Positions 29,736 to 40,569 of a stretch of DNA of 64,000 nucleotides are shown piece after piece. Within the stretch, counting starts at the first letter, position 1. Each line of letters opens with the position of its first letter. This DNA is from Gemmatimonadales bacterium (GTDB taxonomy: Bacteria; Gemmatimonadota; Gemmatimonadetes; Gemmatimonadales; GWC2-71-9), in NCBI GenBank assembly GCA_965249575.1, contig OZ252244.1, forward strand, positions 1,856,001-1,920,000, read 5' to 3'. Below the pieces are notes generated by a model. That model worked only from the letters and a program-made list of their open reading frames with translations. It searched no databases and was not told the origin of the DNA. A program made the translations under genes and the position numbers.

Positions 29736-31002
29736 CTAGCCCAAATACCCCTCGCGCCTTTAGCACGGCTTCGACCAGGGCATCCACCTCCGCCCGCGTG
29801 TTGTAGAACGCGAATGACGCTCGCGCCGTGGCGGGAACGTCGAAGTAATCCATCACCGGCTGCGTGCAGTGATGCCCTGTCCGGATGGCAACGCCGTCCT
29901 GGTCCAGAATCGTCCCGATGTCGTGGGCGTGGACGCCCTCAAGCACAAACGAGATGACGCTGGCTTTGTTCTCCGCCGTCCCCACCAGTCGGACGCCCGG
30001 AACACTTGCGAGTTTCTGGCTGGCGTAGTCCAGGAGATCCCGCTCGTGAGCAGCGACGTGACGGAAATCGAGCTGCTCCAAATAGTCGATCGCGGCTCCC
30101 AAGCCTATCGCGCCCGCTATGTTGGGTGTTCCCGCCTCGAACTTTGCGGGCGGCGGAGCGTAGGTGGTCCGCTCGAAGGTTACCGAGCGGATCATGTCCC
30201 CACCCCCCTGATAGGGTGGCATCGCTTCCAGCAGTTCCGCTCGCCCGTAGAGGAGTCCAATGCCGGTGGGCCCGAACATCTTGTGACCGGACACCGTGTA
30301 GAAGTCACACCCTAGCGCCTGAACGTCGATATCCAGATGGGGTGCTGCCTGCGCTCCGTCAACGAGAACCGGCACTCCCCGTTCATGCGCCACCCGAACG
30401 ATCTCCCCAGCGGGATTGATCGTGCCAAGGGAATTAGAGACATGGACAACGGAGACGAATTTGGTGCGCGGGCCCAAGAGCTCCGTGAACCCCTCGATCG
30501 AGAGCTCACCTGCGTCATTCATGGGGATTATACGAAGTCGCGCCCCACGGCCCTCACAGACCATCTGCCAGGGAACGATGTTCGAGTGATGCTCCATCGC
30601 CGAGACGATGACTTCGTCCCCCTCGCTCACCCGCGCGCGCCCATAGGTTTGCGCCACGAGGTTGATAGCCTCTGTCGTGCCCCTCACGAACACGATCTCG
30701 CGCGATTCAGCCGCGTTCAGGAACCGCTGGCCCTTTGACCGTGCGGCCTCGTAAGCAGCGGTCGCGTCCTCGCTCAGGCGGTACACGCCGCGATGGATAT
30801 TGGCATTACAGGTCGCGTAGTGATCGCTGATCGCGTCGATTACGGCTTTGGGTTTCTGGCTCGTTGCTGCATTGTCGAGGTAGACGATCGGCTTCCCGTT
30901 CATCGTGCCCGCCAGGATGGGAAAGTCCAAGCGCACGCGATCCACCGCAAAGCTCGTATCGGGCCGCGTGGGCGATCCCGCGACTGGCTGGGCGGTGGTC
31001 AC
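29728..31002 (-). CDS. sufS: Cysteine desulfurase
   Basis: YLDNAATSQKP, SGHKMFGPTG, RTGHHC. Confidence 0.95.
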   Translation of the reverse strand: MTTAQPVAGSPTRPDTSFAVDRVRLDFPILAGTMNGKPIVYLDNAATSQKPKAVIDAISDHYATCNANIHRGVYRLSEDATAAYEAARSKGQRFLNAAESREIVFVRGTTEAINLVAQTYGRARVSEGDEVIVSAMEHHSNIVPWQMVCEGRGARLRIIPMNDAGELSIEGFTELLGPRTKFVSVVHVSNSLGTINPAGEIVRVAHERGVPVLVDGAQAAPHLDIDVQALGCDFYTVSGHKMFGPTGIGLLYGRAELLEAMPPYQGGGDMIRSVTFERTTYAPPPAKFEAGTPNIAGAIGLGAAIDYLEQLDFRHVAAHERDLLDYASQKLASVPGVRLVGTAENKASVISFVLEGVHAHDIGTILDQDGVAIRTGHHCTQPVMDYFDVPATARASFAFYNTRAEVDALVEAVLKARGVFGLDG

Positions 31003-32342
31003 GATCCCGGCCCTCGGCCGAGGGCCTCGGACAGCCGCCCGCGTACCACCCTGTCGAGCACCTGCCGCACCGCTCCCGAGCCCATTCTACCGAGAATCTC
31101 CGCGCCAAAGCCGTACGTGAGGATCTGGCGCGCCACTCTCGCGTCCAGGCCCCGGCTCATGAGATAGAACATCGCGCTCTGATCGAGCGGGCCCAGCGTC
31201 GCGCCGTGCGTGCACCGAACGTCGTCTGCATAGATCTCCAGCTGGGGCTGGCTATCTGCCCGGGCGGTTTCGGTGAGAAGCAGGTTGTTGTTGGTTTGCT
31301 TCGAATCTGTCTTCTGCGCGCCCGGCTGAACCACGATTCTGCCGGTAAAAATGCCACGCGCCCGGCCATCGAGCACTCCATTGAAGTACTCGTGGCTCTC
31401 GCAGTGAGGTTCGGCATGGTCGATCACGGTGTGGTGATCGATGTGCTGGCGACCCCCGCCAAGGTACAGCCCGTTCAGCATGCACACTCCGTGCTCACCG
31501 GCCATGACCGCACGGATGTCGTGGCGGGTAAGCGCGGCCCCGAGTACCACCGGGTGGAACTCGAACCGGCTGTCCCGACCTTGGTGCGAATGGGTCGTGG
31601 CGATGTGAAAGGCGTCCGGGCTGTCGCGCTGGACTCGATAGAGGTCGATCGCGGCTCCGTCACCCACAACCACCTCAGACACCGCGTTCGTGAAATATGT
31701 CCCGCCGTCGATCGCCCCGAAGTGCTCGACTATGGTCGCCCTCGCGCGCTCGCCCAGGATAATCAGGTTCCGCGGGTGCGTGACGTTGGGCTCGGCTCCG
31801 CCGGATGACAGAAACAGCAGCTCGAGCTGCTCCGCCCATTCCGCTCCATCTGGCACGTATACGAAAGCACCATCCCACAGGAACGCGGAGTTCAGTGCCG
31901 CAAAGCCGTTTCGATCGTATGCGGCGTGCTTGCCCAGGTGCGGACGCAGCAGCTCGGGCTCGGTCGCGAGGGTGTCACGCAGGCTGCCGATTCGGGCGCC
32001 GTTCGAGAGGGCCGGCGCCCGGGACAGCTCGTCGACATAGGTTCCGTCCACGAACACGAGTCGATTCCCGGCACCAACGTGCAACGAGCATCGATCGACC
32101 GCACCAGGATTCCCGTTCCACATGCGGTGCCCGGGATGAACGAAGGCCGTTTCGGTGACCGGCCGTACGCTGGTGAAGCGCCACTCCTCCTGTCGGGTAG
32201 TCGGGAATCCGACGTCCGTAAAGCGGTTCATGGCCGATTCCCGAAACTCCCGGAGCCATGTCGGTGAGGTACCCGCCCCGTTTCCCTGAAGAGCCTCGAA
32301 CGCTTCGACGTATTTCTCGACGGCGGCTGCCGAATTGGTCAT
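30999..32342 (-). CDS. sufD: Fe-S cluster assembly protein SufD
   Basis: EEWRFT, PQLEIYADDVRCTHGAT, FYLMSRG. Confidence 0.93.
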   Translation of the reverse strand: MTNSAAAVEKYVEAFEALQGNGAGTSPTWLREFRESAMNRFTDVGFPTTRQEEWRFTSVRPVTETAFVHPGHRMWNGNPGAVDRCSLHVGAGNRLVFVDGTYVDELSRAPALSNGARIGSLRDTLATEPELLRPHLGKHAAYDRNGFAALNSAFLWDGAFVYVPDGAEWAEQLELLFLSSGGAEPNVTHPRNLIILGERARATIVEHFGAIDGGTYFTNAVSEVVVGDGAAIDLYRVQRDSPDAFHIATTHSHQGRDSRFEFHPVVLGAALTRHDIRAVMAGEHGVCMLNGLYLGGGRQHIDHHTVIDHAEPHCESHEYFNGVLDGRARGIFTGRIVVQPGAQKTDSKQTNNNLLLTETARADSQPQLEIYADDVRCTHGATLGPLDQSAMFYLMSRGLDARVARQILTYGFGAEILGRMGSGAVRQVLDRVVRGRLSEALGRGPGS

Positions 32343-32355
32343 GATCGCATCCCGG

Positions 32356-33111
32356 CTAGGCGACGGCCGCTTCGGCCTTGACCCAGTCGTAGCCCTTGGC
32401 TTCCAGCTCGAGCGCGAGCTCTTTCCCACCCGACTTGACGATCTTCCCGTCGGTCAAGACGTGGACGCGGTCGGGTACGATGTAGTTGAGCAGGCGTTGA
32501 TAGTGGGTAACAATCACCGTTGCCTTCTCCGGCGAACGAAGCTTGTTCACGGCGCCCGCGACGGTCTTGAGCGCATCGATATCCAACCCGGAGTCGGTCT
32601 CGTCCAGTACTGCGAGCTTGGGCTCGAGTACCGCGAGCTGCAGAATCTCGTTCCGCTTCTTCTCACCGCCGGAAAACCCCTCATTGACCGGTCGATTCAT
32701 CAACGAATCGTCCCAACCGATGACCTTCAGCTTTTCCTCGAGCAATTCGATGAAATCGAGGGCGTCGTACTCTTCCTCGCCGCGCGCCTTTCGGATGGCG
32801 TTAACCGCGGCGCGCAGGAAGTAGGAGTTCGTGATGCCCCGGATGGCAACGGGATACTGGAAGGCGAGGAACACGCCCGCCCGGGCGCGGTCCTCAGGCT
32901 CCATGTCGAGTAGGTCCTCGCCCTCGTAGAGCACAGACCCCTCCGTGACGGTATAGGCAGGGTGCCCGGCCAACACTTGAGTGAGCGTGCTCTTGCCCGA
33001 GCCATTCGGACCCATGATGGCGTGGACCTCGCCGGGCTCGACGTCGAGGTCGATACCCTTGAGTATGGCGTTGCCGCTGGCCGACGCGTGGAGGTTCCTT
33101 ATCTTCAGCAT
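32356..33111 (-). CDS. sufC: Fe-S cluster assembly ATPase SufC
   Basis: GPNGSGKST, NEGFSGGEKKRNE, LDETDSGLDIDAL. Confidence 0.96.
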   Translation of the reverse strand: MLKIRNLHASASGNAILKGIDLDVEPGEVHAIMGPNGSGKSTLTQVLAGHPAYTVTEGSVLYEGEDLLDMEPEDRARAGVFLAFQYPVAIRGITNSYFLRAAVNAIRKARGEEEYDALDFIELLEEKLKVIGWDDSLMNRPVNEGFSGGEKKRNEILQLAVLEPKLAVLDETDSGLDIDALKTVAGAVNKLRSPEKATVIVTHYQRLLNYIVPDRVHVLTDGKIVKSGGKELALELEAKGYDWVKAEAAVA

Positions 33112-33155
33112 TCCGTGTCAATCTCCAGATATCTCGTATTGTTTGAAGCTGCGCT

Positions 33156-34589
33156 TCACCCGACGCTACCCTCGAGGCTGATCCCCAAGAGGCGTTGTGC
33201 CTCGACGGCGAATTCCATCGGCAATTCCCGGAAGACCTCTTTACAGAACCCGTTGACGATCATCGAGACCGCGTCCTCCGCCGAGAGCCCTCGCTGCCGG
33301 CAGTAGAAGATCTGGTCCTCACCGATCTTCGAGGTGGACGCCTCGTGCTCCATGATCGCCGTGCTGTTCCGAACGTCGATGTATGGAAACGTGTGTGCCC
33401 CGCATTCATCGCCGATGAGCATCGAGTCGCACTGCGAGTAATTTCTCGCACCCTCCGCGTTTTTCATGATCTTCACGAGGCCCCGGTAGGTATTCTGCCC
33501 ATGCCCCGCCGAAATCCCTTTTGAGACGATCGTACTGCGGGTGTTCTTTCCCAGGTGAATCATCTTCGTCCCGGTGTCCGCCTGCTGCCGGTTGTTCGTG
33601 AGCGCAACCGAGTAGAACTCCCCGATGGAGTTGTCTCCCCGGAGGATGCAACCGGGATACTTCCATGTAATAGCTGACCCAGTCTCAACTTGCGTCCACG
33701 AGATCTTGGAGTTCCTGCCCAAGGCATTCCCGCGCTTTGTCACGAAGTTGTAGATACCACCACGCCCTTCCGCGTCTCCGGGATACCAGTTTTGGACGGT
33801 CGAGTACTTGATGGTGGCGTCGTCAAGGGCCACGAGCTCGACCACCGCCGCATGAAGCTGGTTCTCGTCCCGAATAGGAGCCGAACATCCTTCCAGATAG
33901 CTGACGTAGCTCCCTTCCTCGGCGACGATCAATGTGCGCTCGAATTGCCCGGTCATGGAGGTATTGATCCGGAAGTAAGTCGATAACTCCAGCGGGCAGC
34001 GAACCCCTTTGGGAATGAACGCGAAGGAGCCGTCGCTGAATACCGCCGAGTTGAGCGCCGCGAAGTAGTTGTCGTTGTAGGGCACGACCGTGCCCAAATA
34101 CTGCTCTACCAATTCAGGATGATCTCGCACTGCCTCGGAGAAGGGGCAGAAGATGACCCCGTGCTCGGCGAGCTTTTCCTTGAACGTCGTTGCGACCGAA
34201 ACCGAGTCGAATACAGCGTCGACTGCCACGCCCGCCAAACGCTTCTGCTCCGAGATCGGGATGCCAAGCTTGTCGAACGTCTCCAGGATCTTGGGATCGA
34301 CCTCGTCCAACCCCTTGAGGAGTTTCTTGGGCTTGGGGGCCGAGTAGTAAATGATCGATTGGTAGTCGATGGGCGGATAGGTCACGTTCGCCCAGCTCGG
34401 CTCCTTCATGTTTACCCAATGCCGATAGGCCCGGAGTCGCCAGTCCAACATGAAATCTGGCTCGCCCTTCTTGGCAGATATGAGGCGGATGACGTCCTCA
34501 TTGAGCCCAGCGGGGACGACCTCGGACTCGATGTCGGTGACGAATCCGTATTTGTATGGCTGCAGGACCTGCGCTTCGACGCCCGTCAT
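33156..34589 (-). CDS. sufB: Fe-S cluster assembly protein SufB
   Basis: [48 protein letters not shown] Shine-Dalgarno. Confidence 0.96.
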   Translation of the reverse strand: MTGVEAQVLQPYKYGFVTDIESEVVPAGLNEDVIRLISAKKGEPDFMLDWRLRAYRHWVNMKEPSWANVTYPPIDYQSIIYYSAPKPKKLLKGLDEVDPKILETFDKLGIPISEQKRLAGVAVDAVFDSVSVATTFKEKLAEHGVIFCPFSEAVRDHPELVEQYLGTVVPYNDNYFAALNSAVFSDGSFAFIPKGVRCPLELSTYFRINTSMTGQFERTLIVAEEGSYVSYLEGCSAPIRDENQLHAAVVELVALDDATIKYSTVQNWYPGDAEGRGGIYNFVTKRGNALGRNSKISWTQVETGSAITWKYPGCILRGDNSIGEFYSVALTNNRQQADTGTKMIHLGKNTRSTIVSKGISAGHGQNTYRGLVKIMKNAEGARNYSQCDSMLIGDECGAHTFPYIDVRNSTAIMEHEASTSKIGEDQIFYCRQRGLSAEDAVSMIVNGFCKEVFRELPMEFAVEAQRLLGISLEGSVG

Positions 34590-34605
34590 TAGATCTCCTG
34601 ACTGA

Positions 34606-35289
34606 TTACGATGCCGCTTTGCCCCCGTCCATGGCGGACTCGGCGCGCTGGCTGACCGAGTACTCGCAGGCATTGCACCCAGCCGGGATGTGAGCGCGTC
34701 GCGTAACGTCCCGCCCGAGTACGTCTCGGAGAAAACGCTCCTCAGCCGCGCAGATCTCGGGGAACTGCTCGGCGACCGCCTGCACGGCGCAGTTGTGGTG
34801 CGAGATGGTTACCGCGTCGAGATCCTCGGACCAGTCGGCCATGAATCCTTGCTCGCTAAACAAATCGACGACGGCCTGCACACGCTCCGGCAGCGTCGCA
34901 TCGCCGAGCTGCGTCCGGAGCACGTCTGCCTGTCGCCCGAAACGTGCTGCGAAGTACCGGTTCACTTCCTCGCGGCCCCGGCTCTTCTCCAGAAACGAGA
35001 GCAGCTCGGTTAGCGCTTCCTGGTACCGCCGCGGGAAGATCAACTCGCCCTCGGCGGTGAGCCGATACACGAGACTCGGAGCACCCTGACCTCGCTGCTC
35101 GCGCCCATAGTGAACCAAGCCCTCGGCCTCGAGTTCCTTAAGGTGGCGGCGTATCGCATTGGCAGACACACCGTGCCGAGCCGCCAACTCGCCCGCGGTG
35201 AGCGGCTGCGCCCTCTTGAGCTCGAGCAGGATCTTGCCCCGCAATCCCTTATGAGCAGCTAGTCCCGGTGCCGTCATCGACTCATGCAT
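34606..35289 (-). CDS. sufR: SufR-like HTH transcriptional regulator
   Basis: [23 protein letters not shown]-terminal Cys residues (HNC, EIC, CNAC); first gene of the suf operon. Confidence 0.8.
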   Translation of the reverse strand: MHESMTAPGLAAHKGLRGKILLELKRAQPLTAGELAARHGVSANAIRRHLKELEAEGLVHYGREQRGQGAPSLVYRLTAEGELIFPRRYQEALTELLSFLEKSRGREEVNRYFAARFGRQADVLRTQLGDATLPERVQAVVDLFSEQGFMADWSEDLDAVTISHHNCAVQAVAEQFPEICAAEERFLRDVLGRDVTRRAHIPAGCNACEYSVSQRAESAMDGGKAAS

Positions 35290-35297
35290 GGGCGCAA

Positions 35298-35326
35298 AAG
35301 GTAACTAAAGTTGTCGGGATTATCAA
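35298..35326 (-). promoter_or_regulatory. Sigma-70 promoter of the suf operon
   Basis: TTGATA-N17-TACCTT, 8 nt before the ATG at 35289. Confidence 0.65.
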
Positions 35327-35327
35327 C

Positions 35328-35351
35328 TAAACGAACACTTTTGTTGCCGAA
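35328..35351. promoter_or_regulatory. Candidate SufR operator
   Basis: TAAACGAACA-CTTT-TGTTGCCGAA; core resembles CAAC-N6-GTTG and abuts the -35. Confidence 0.5.
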
Positions 35352-35533
35352 CTCATAACACTATTACTGATAACGATCTACGATGTGGCGCCCAACACGC
35401 CATCTGTCCTGATCACCACACTCAACCGTATGGTTGAGGATTGACGGTGCGCCGCGCCAAACCGGCAATGGCGTTCCAGTTGCGAGCCCTTACATTGGGG
35501 GCCCACCAAACTCCCGGAGCAACCGAGCGAGCG

Positions 35534-36094
35534 ATGACGATTCACCGAATCCGCCTTCTGGGTGATCCCGTTCTCCGGGCCAAGTGCGACCCGATTACCA
35601 ACCCGCGCTCGGCAGGGGTCCGGTTGGTCGCCGACGACCTCAGGGACACACTGCAGGATTGGAAGGCGCGCTTGGGATCCGGACGGGGGATTGCCGCCCC
35701 GCAGATCGGGGCGCCCATTCGCCTCGTTTACCTGGAAACCGAGAAGCCCTGGCTGTTGGTGAACCCCGAGATAGTCGACGTGGGTGAAGAGGACTTCCTC
35801 GTTTGGGATGATTGCTTCTCGTTCCCCGATCTCATGATCCACGTGCTGCGCGCCTATCGGATCAAAGTCAAGTACGAGGACGATCGCGGGAACTCCCACG
35901 TCATTGAAGTGGAGGGAGACGTCGCCGAGCTCCTTCAGCACGAAATCGACCACCTCGACGGCGTGCTCGCCGTCGACCGCGCAACCGGGCTAGACCCGTT
36001 TTGTCTCAAAGAGGAATGGAACCGTCACTACGGTGTCGCAGGCCGATATGGTAAGCCCGCAGCCCGGGAGTATTCCTACCCGCAAGTTCCCTAA
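35534..36094 (+). CDS. def: Peptide deformylase
   Basis: GDPVLR, GIAAPQIG, DDCFS (variant of EGCLS), QHEIDHLDG. Confidence 0.92.
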   Translation: MTIHRIRLLGDPVLRAKCDPITNPRSAGVRLVADDLRDTLQDWKARLGSGRGIAAPQIGAPIRLVYLETEKPWLLVNPEIVDVGEEDFLVWDDCFSFPDLMIHVLRAYRIKVKYEDDRGNSHVIEVEGDVAELLQHEIDHLDGVLAVDRATGLDPFCLKEEWNRHYGVAGRYGKPAAREYSYPQVP

Positions 36095-36106
36095 GCCCAG
36101 GTGACT

Positions 36107-36580
36107 CTACTCGGGCGCCCTCCAGCACTCCTCGCGCCGCTGCGTATCGACAACGTGCACGATCTTCCAGCTACCCGATGTCTTGATGAGCTGAATAGAG
36201 TCAACACCACAATGGCTGAACTCGCCGGCCCGGACAAAATCGTACTTGGTCCAGACTGCCGCGAGGTTGTCGTCAATGCGCACGTCCGAATCCCAAATAC
36301 GCTCGTCGAGGGTGCCTCCAGACCCGCCCACGGCGCTGATGAACGGGGCAATTGGGATGACGGAACTCACGGGGCTGCCGTCGCGCACGCTGGTCGTGAT
36401 GATCCGGGCGTTCGTATCGAAGATCTGCTGCAGTGCGACAGTGTCGGCCGCGCGCATCGCGTCGAAGAGTGCATTGATCGGCGCCATGACCGCCTCCTCG
36501 GCTTCGCTGAGCTGTTCGCTTCGCTCACCCCGAGCACACCCTAACGACAAGATCACGAGAAGACATGCGACCCGCTTCAT
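36107..36580 (-). CDS. NTF2-like fold lipoprotein
   Basis: MKRVACLLVILSLGC lipobox; LAAVWTKYDF...SHCGVDSIQL...WKIVHVVDT. Confidence 0.8.
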   Translation of the reverse strand: MKRVACLLVILSLGCARGERSEQLSEAEEAVMAPINALFDAMRAADTVALQQIFDTNARIITTSVRDGSPVSSVIPIAPFISAVGGSGGTLDERIWDSDVRIDDNLAAVWTKYDFVRAGEFSHCGVDSIQLIKTSGSWKIVHVVDTQRREECWRAPE

Positions 36581-36676
36581 GAGTACCTCCGCCGATTGGT
36601 TTGGACCGATGAAGGTACGAGCCCTCGCCCAACCCGGCCAGCGCACTCGAGCCTTAGCGCTGGCTCACCCGCGGCC

Positions 36677-37098
36677 TTGAGTTCCGAACTGCAGACGGAG
36701 CGCTTTCACTGCACTCTCGAGGGATACTCCGATCGTATGGGAACCGCGACCGTGGATGTCGCACACCTCGACACGGTCAGCGGCTCGGGCGTGCCGGTGC
36801 CAGCCTCGCGCTGTGGTGGGCGGCAGGCGTGACCGCCGCGTTCGTCCCGCTGGCCCACCTCATCCTCGTGCCGGCCTGTGTAGTCGGAGGGACCTTCTAC
36901 CTGGTACGGGGGCTCAAGGCCCGCGCGATCGTCACCGCAGCGCACGGCGCCTGCCCAGACTGCGGTACCGAGCAGCCCCTGGAGCTCCAGGGACCATGGC
37001 CGCATGCCAAGGAGGTCGTCTGCCGCCGGTGCCATCGGCCGCTTCGTATCGCCGCGGCCGCTAAACCACCCGATAGCCCAGCCCAAAAAATAGGCTAG
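36677..37098 (+). pseudogene. Small membrane protein with CxxC...CxxC zinc ribbon, frameshifted
   Basis: ...VDVAHLDT joins QRLGRAGASLALWWAAGVTAAFVPLAH...CPDCG...CRRCH if one base is added at about 36775. Confidence 0.65.
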
Positions 37099-37808
37099 CC
37101 CCTCGAGAGGTTCACCGCCGTTCCCGTGACCGCGTCCGCCGCCTCGCTCGCAAGAAATCCCACAGCGGCGGCAATCTCCTCGGGCGATAACCAGGTGCTA
37201 GTGTCCGCGTCAGGCATGCTCTTCCGGTTGGCTGGTGTATCGATGATCGTCGGGACCACCGCGTTTGCCGTAACGCCAAACGGCAGCAACTCTTTCGCCA
37301 GTGACTGTGTGAGGTTCCACAGCGCGGCCTTGGATGCACTGTAAGCAGTCATGTTCGCGGCGCCGTCTTCACTCGTGGCGGACGAGACAGTGACGATCCG
37401 ACCCCAGCCATTCGCTTTCATAAGCGGCGTGACCGCCCGGCAGCACAGGAAGGCGGTCGTCGCATTCAAGTTGAGCATGTGAAACCAGGTTGCGGGGTCG
37501 GACTCCTCGATTGGCCCGAATGCAAAGCCGCCGGCGATGTTCGCCAGTATGTCGACCCTACCGCTCGCGCGTTGGATGTCCTGGAACAGCTGGTCGACTG
37601 AATCCGCCGACGTCAGGTCGGCCTCGTGGAATTCGACGGATGCGAAGTTGTCCCCAAGGTATTGCTCAATCCCACGAGCCTCCCCACGGCGTGGCACGTG
37701 TACCCTGGCACCTTCCGTCACAAGTTCACGCACGACCGCCCGGCCCAGGGATCCAGTACCACCGGTGACGACGGCGACCCGCCCTTCGTGGTGTCCGGCC
37801 ATTCTCAA
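37095..37808 (-). CDS. SDR family oxidoreductase
   Basis: TGGTGSLG, NIAGG, YSASK, IDTPANR. Confidence 0.92.
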   Translation of the reverse strand: MRMAGHHEGRVAVVTGGTGSLGRAVVRELVTEGARVHVPRRGEARGIEQYLGDNFASVEFHEADLTSADSVDQLFQDIQRASGRVDILANIAGGFAFGPIEESDPATWFHMLNLNATTAFLCCRAVTPLMKANGWGRIVTVSSATSEDGAANMTAYSASKAALWNLTQSLAKELLPFGVTANAVVPTIIDTPANRKSMPDADTSTWLSPEEIAAAVGFLASEAADAVTGTAVNLSRG

Positions 37809-37909
37809 TCTCCCCGCGTCGCACTCAATAGGTGATCCTCCCCCACCCGCGTTCGACCGCGGGGAGCAGCGCCGCGCCCGCCGGGGGTGGGGGGCGGCGG
37901 CCCGGGGAG

Positions 37910-39133
37910 TCAGCCATCGCCCAGGGTGGCGAGGAACTCCCCAATCGCGGCGCTGGTCGCCTTTGGCTGCTCTACCGGGGGCACGTGCGCAGTATCCTCG
38001 AGCAGCCGGTACGACGCTCCCGGTATAGCGCGGGCCATCGCGTGAGCGGATTCGGGTGGGACGAGCTGATCATCGGAGCCGGCAAGGACGAGAACGGGTA
38101 CGCCAAGTGATCCCAAGAGCGGCGTGGAGTCGGGCCTCTCTCGCATCGCCGACAGCGCGCCGACCATGCCGCCCGCGTCGTTATCCCGGATCATCGTCCG
38201 GATGTGAGCAGGCACTTTGGGGTCGCCGGCGAGCGTCGGTGCCGCAAGCAGTTTTGGCATCATCGCGTCGGCGAGCGCATCCAACCCGCGGGTCTCCACC
38301 AGGCCGATAGTGGCGCCGCGTCCTTTCCGAGCTTCCTCTGAGTCGGGTTCGGCACGGGTATTGGAGAGGATCAGCGCTCGAACCCGCTCGGGGAACCGCC
38401 GCACGAGCTCGAACGCTACATATCCGCCCATCGACAGGCCGCACACGACGACTCTAGTGACATCGAGCGCTTCCAGCAGCGCTTCGAGATCCCGGGCATA
38501 AGCCGCCATGGAATAGCCCTGCTCGGGCGCGTCGCTCAGACCAAAACCCCGGAGGTCGGGGGCGATCCGCCGCCAGGCGGTCAGCGACGCCATCTGGTCG
38601 CGCCACATCGTCCGGTCGAACGGGAACCCGTGGATGAAGACGATCGCCGGTCCGTCTCCCCTCTCCTCGAGAGCCAGAGAAACCGCCCCCACCGAGCGCC
38701 GCCTGGTCGTCCACCCCCGACCCGCCGGACGAGTCCCAAAGAAATCGGAGACCGCGTCCGGCAGTGGGGCCGGCTGACCGCGAGAGTCGACACAGACGAA
38801 CGTGAACTCTCCTACTGCTACGACCGCGCCGTCTTGAAGGCGTCGAGCGATCTGGTACAACGCAAAGCTCGTCCGGCCCAGTTGCGTCAGGTTCGAACTG
38901 AACTCCAGCCGGTCGCCCGGATAGGCCGAAGCGCTATAGTCGACCGCCGTCGAACGAACCACGGGCGAGACAGGCCCCGCTTTCCCGAAAATGCCAAGCA
39001 TCCCGGGCCCAGCGGCCATTGCCTCCCATCGCGCTCGCTCGAAGAGCCGCAGATAGGCGGCTTGATTCACGTGCCCGTAGGAGTCACAGTCGTCAGGATA
39101 GACGGTGAGTCGTACGCGTGGTACCAGGGTCAA
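37910..39133 (-). CDS. Hot-dog thioesterase / alpha-beta hydrolase fusion
   Basis: DCDSYGHVNQAAYL (YbgC/FcbC-like), then IHGFPFD, DLRGFG, GLSMGG, GSDD, AHVPPVE. Confidence 0.85.
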   Translation of the reverse strand: MTLVPRVRLTVYPDDCDSYGHVNQAAYLRLFERARWEAMAAGPGMLGIFGKAGPVSPVVRSTAVDYSASAYPGDRLEFSSNLTQLGRTSFALYQIARRLQDGAVVAVGEFTFVCVDSRGQPAPLPDAVSDFFGTRPAGRGWTTRRRSVGAVSLALEERGDGPAIVFIHGFPFDRTMWRDQMASLTAWRRIAPDLRGFGLSDAPEQGYSMAAYARDLEALLEALDVTRVVVCGLSMGGYVAFELVRRFPERVRALILSNTRAEPDSEEARKGRGATIGLVETRGLDALADAMMPKLLAAPTLAGDPKVPAHIRTMIRDNDAGGMVGALSAMRERPDSTPLLGSLGVPVLVLAGSDDQLVPPESAHAMARAIPGASYRLLEDTAHVPPVEQPKATSAAIGEFLATLGDG

Positions 39134-39353
39134 TGCAGTCGTCCAGGCAAGTTTCAGGGTAAACTTAAGGCCCCAAGCCCGCGAGTGAGCGCCGCAGCGT
39201 GCAGTACGCCTGCGAGTGCGCGTTCCCTTCCGTGAGGCTAGTCCAACTCAGCGCCAAGAAGGCAGGCATGATACGGCTGTTTAGTCGACTACGGCTCACA
39301 ATCGCTCCGGAAGCGCGCTTTCGCCCAGCCGAATCCCCAACTGGAGCAAGCGG

Positions 39354-40526
39354 GTGCTGACGCCCCCGTTCGGCACGGCGGGAGCCGCCCGCCTGGTTAC
39401 CACACCCAAAGACCTATCCGCCCTCGTTGCGCGCCTGGCCGAGGCCGATCGGCTCGGGATCGATACGGAAGGAGCCTCGTTTCACCGCTATGTCGACCGG
39501 ATCTACCTGCTCCAAGTTAGCTCCGAGCAGGAAACGGCCATCGTCGACCCGCTAGCCATCTCGGACCTCTCCAGTTTCGGCCGTCTGCTGAGCGACCCGG
39601 CCATCGAACTGGTTTTTCACGATGCGGATTACGACCTCCGGACCCTCGATCGTGACTATGGTTTTCGGGCTACCAACGTTTTTGACACGCGCATCGCGGC
39701 GCAGCTACTCGGTGAGCCCGAAATAGGGCTAGGCGCATTGCTCGCGAAGTTCTATGGCGTTCGCCTCAACAAGAAGTTCCAGCGAGCCGACTGGTCGCGC
39801 CGGCCGCTGTCCGACGAGATGATTTCCTACGCCGCTTCTGATACGCGATATCTCCCCGCCTTGCGCGATGAGCTCGCGGGGCAATTGGCGTCTCGGGGTC
39901 GCGAAGGGTGGGCGGACGAGGAATTCGGCCGTCTCCAATCCGTCCGTTGGGGGGGCGCGGATTCGCAGGGGGAAGGCTTTCTGAAGCTCAAGGGGGCCAA
40001 GGCGCTCGGCCCGCGAGCGTTGGCTGTGTTGAGAGCCCTATACCAATGGCGCGAGGCCCAGGCCAAGGAATCTAACTCCGCCCCTTTCCGCATCATCCCG
40101 AACGAGGCGCTGGTGAAGCTCGCGGCGTCCGCGCCAGTCGATCCCGCGGCACTCGCAGCCGTGGAGAAGTTGCCCCGCTCCCTCGCCAGACGTTACGGCA
40201 CCGAGCTGTTACGCGTAGTTCGAGGGGCCCTCGGCTCCCCCGAGGACCAATGGCCCAGGATCGACCGGCCACGGCGCCCGAAGCCCGACCCGGAGGTGGA
40301 CGCGCGGCTCGAGCGGCTCAAGAGAATGCGAAACGATGCGGCGGCGGAGCTCGGGCTGCAGCCAGGCGTGCTATGCCCCAACGGGACGCTTCAAGCGGTT
40401 GCCCGGGTAGGACCGGAGAACTCGAAGCAGCTCGACGAGATTACGGACCTGCGCCGATGGCAACGTACCGCGCTAGGGGAGGCCCGGATCCTCGAAACGG
40501 TGCGCAGGCTGGAGCAGGCGGACTGA
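39354..40526 (+). CDS. rnd: Ribonuclease D with HRDC domains
   Basis: GIDTEG, HDADYD, FDTRIAA, DWSRRPLS..MISYAASD. Confidence 0.9.
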   Translation: MLTPPFGTAGAARLVTTPKDLSALVARLAEADRLGIDTEGASFHRYVDRIYLLQVSSEQETAIVDPLAISDLSSFGRLLSDPAIELVFHDADYDLRTLDRDYGFRATNVFDTRIAAQLLGEPEIGLGALLAKFYGVRLNKKFQRADWSRRPLSDEMISYAASDTRYLPALRDELAGQLASRGREGWADEEFGRLQSVRWGGADSQGEGFLKLKGAKALGPRALAVLRALYQWREAQAKESNSAPFRIIPNEALVKLAASAPVDPAALAAVEKLPRSLARRYGTELLRVVRGALGSPEDQWPRIDRPRRPKPDPEVDARLERLKRMRNDAAAELGLQPGVLCPNGTLQAVARVGPENSKQLDEITDLRRWQRTALGEARILETVRRLEQAD

Positions 40527-40569
40527 GGGGCGACGTCCGGGGAGCGGAAGAAAGCGTCCGCCGACCCCG

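Noticed and set aside
39268..39360. 30-aa ORF overlapping the rnd start as a leader peptide
   Set aside because: No attenuator structure or telling codon run.
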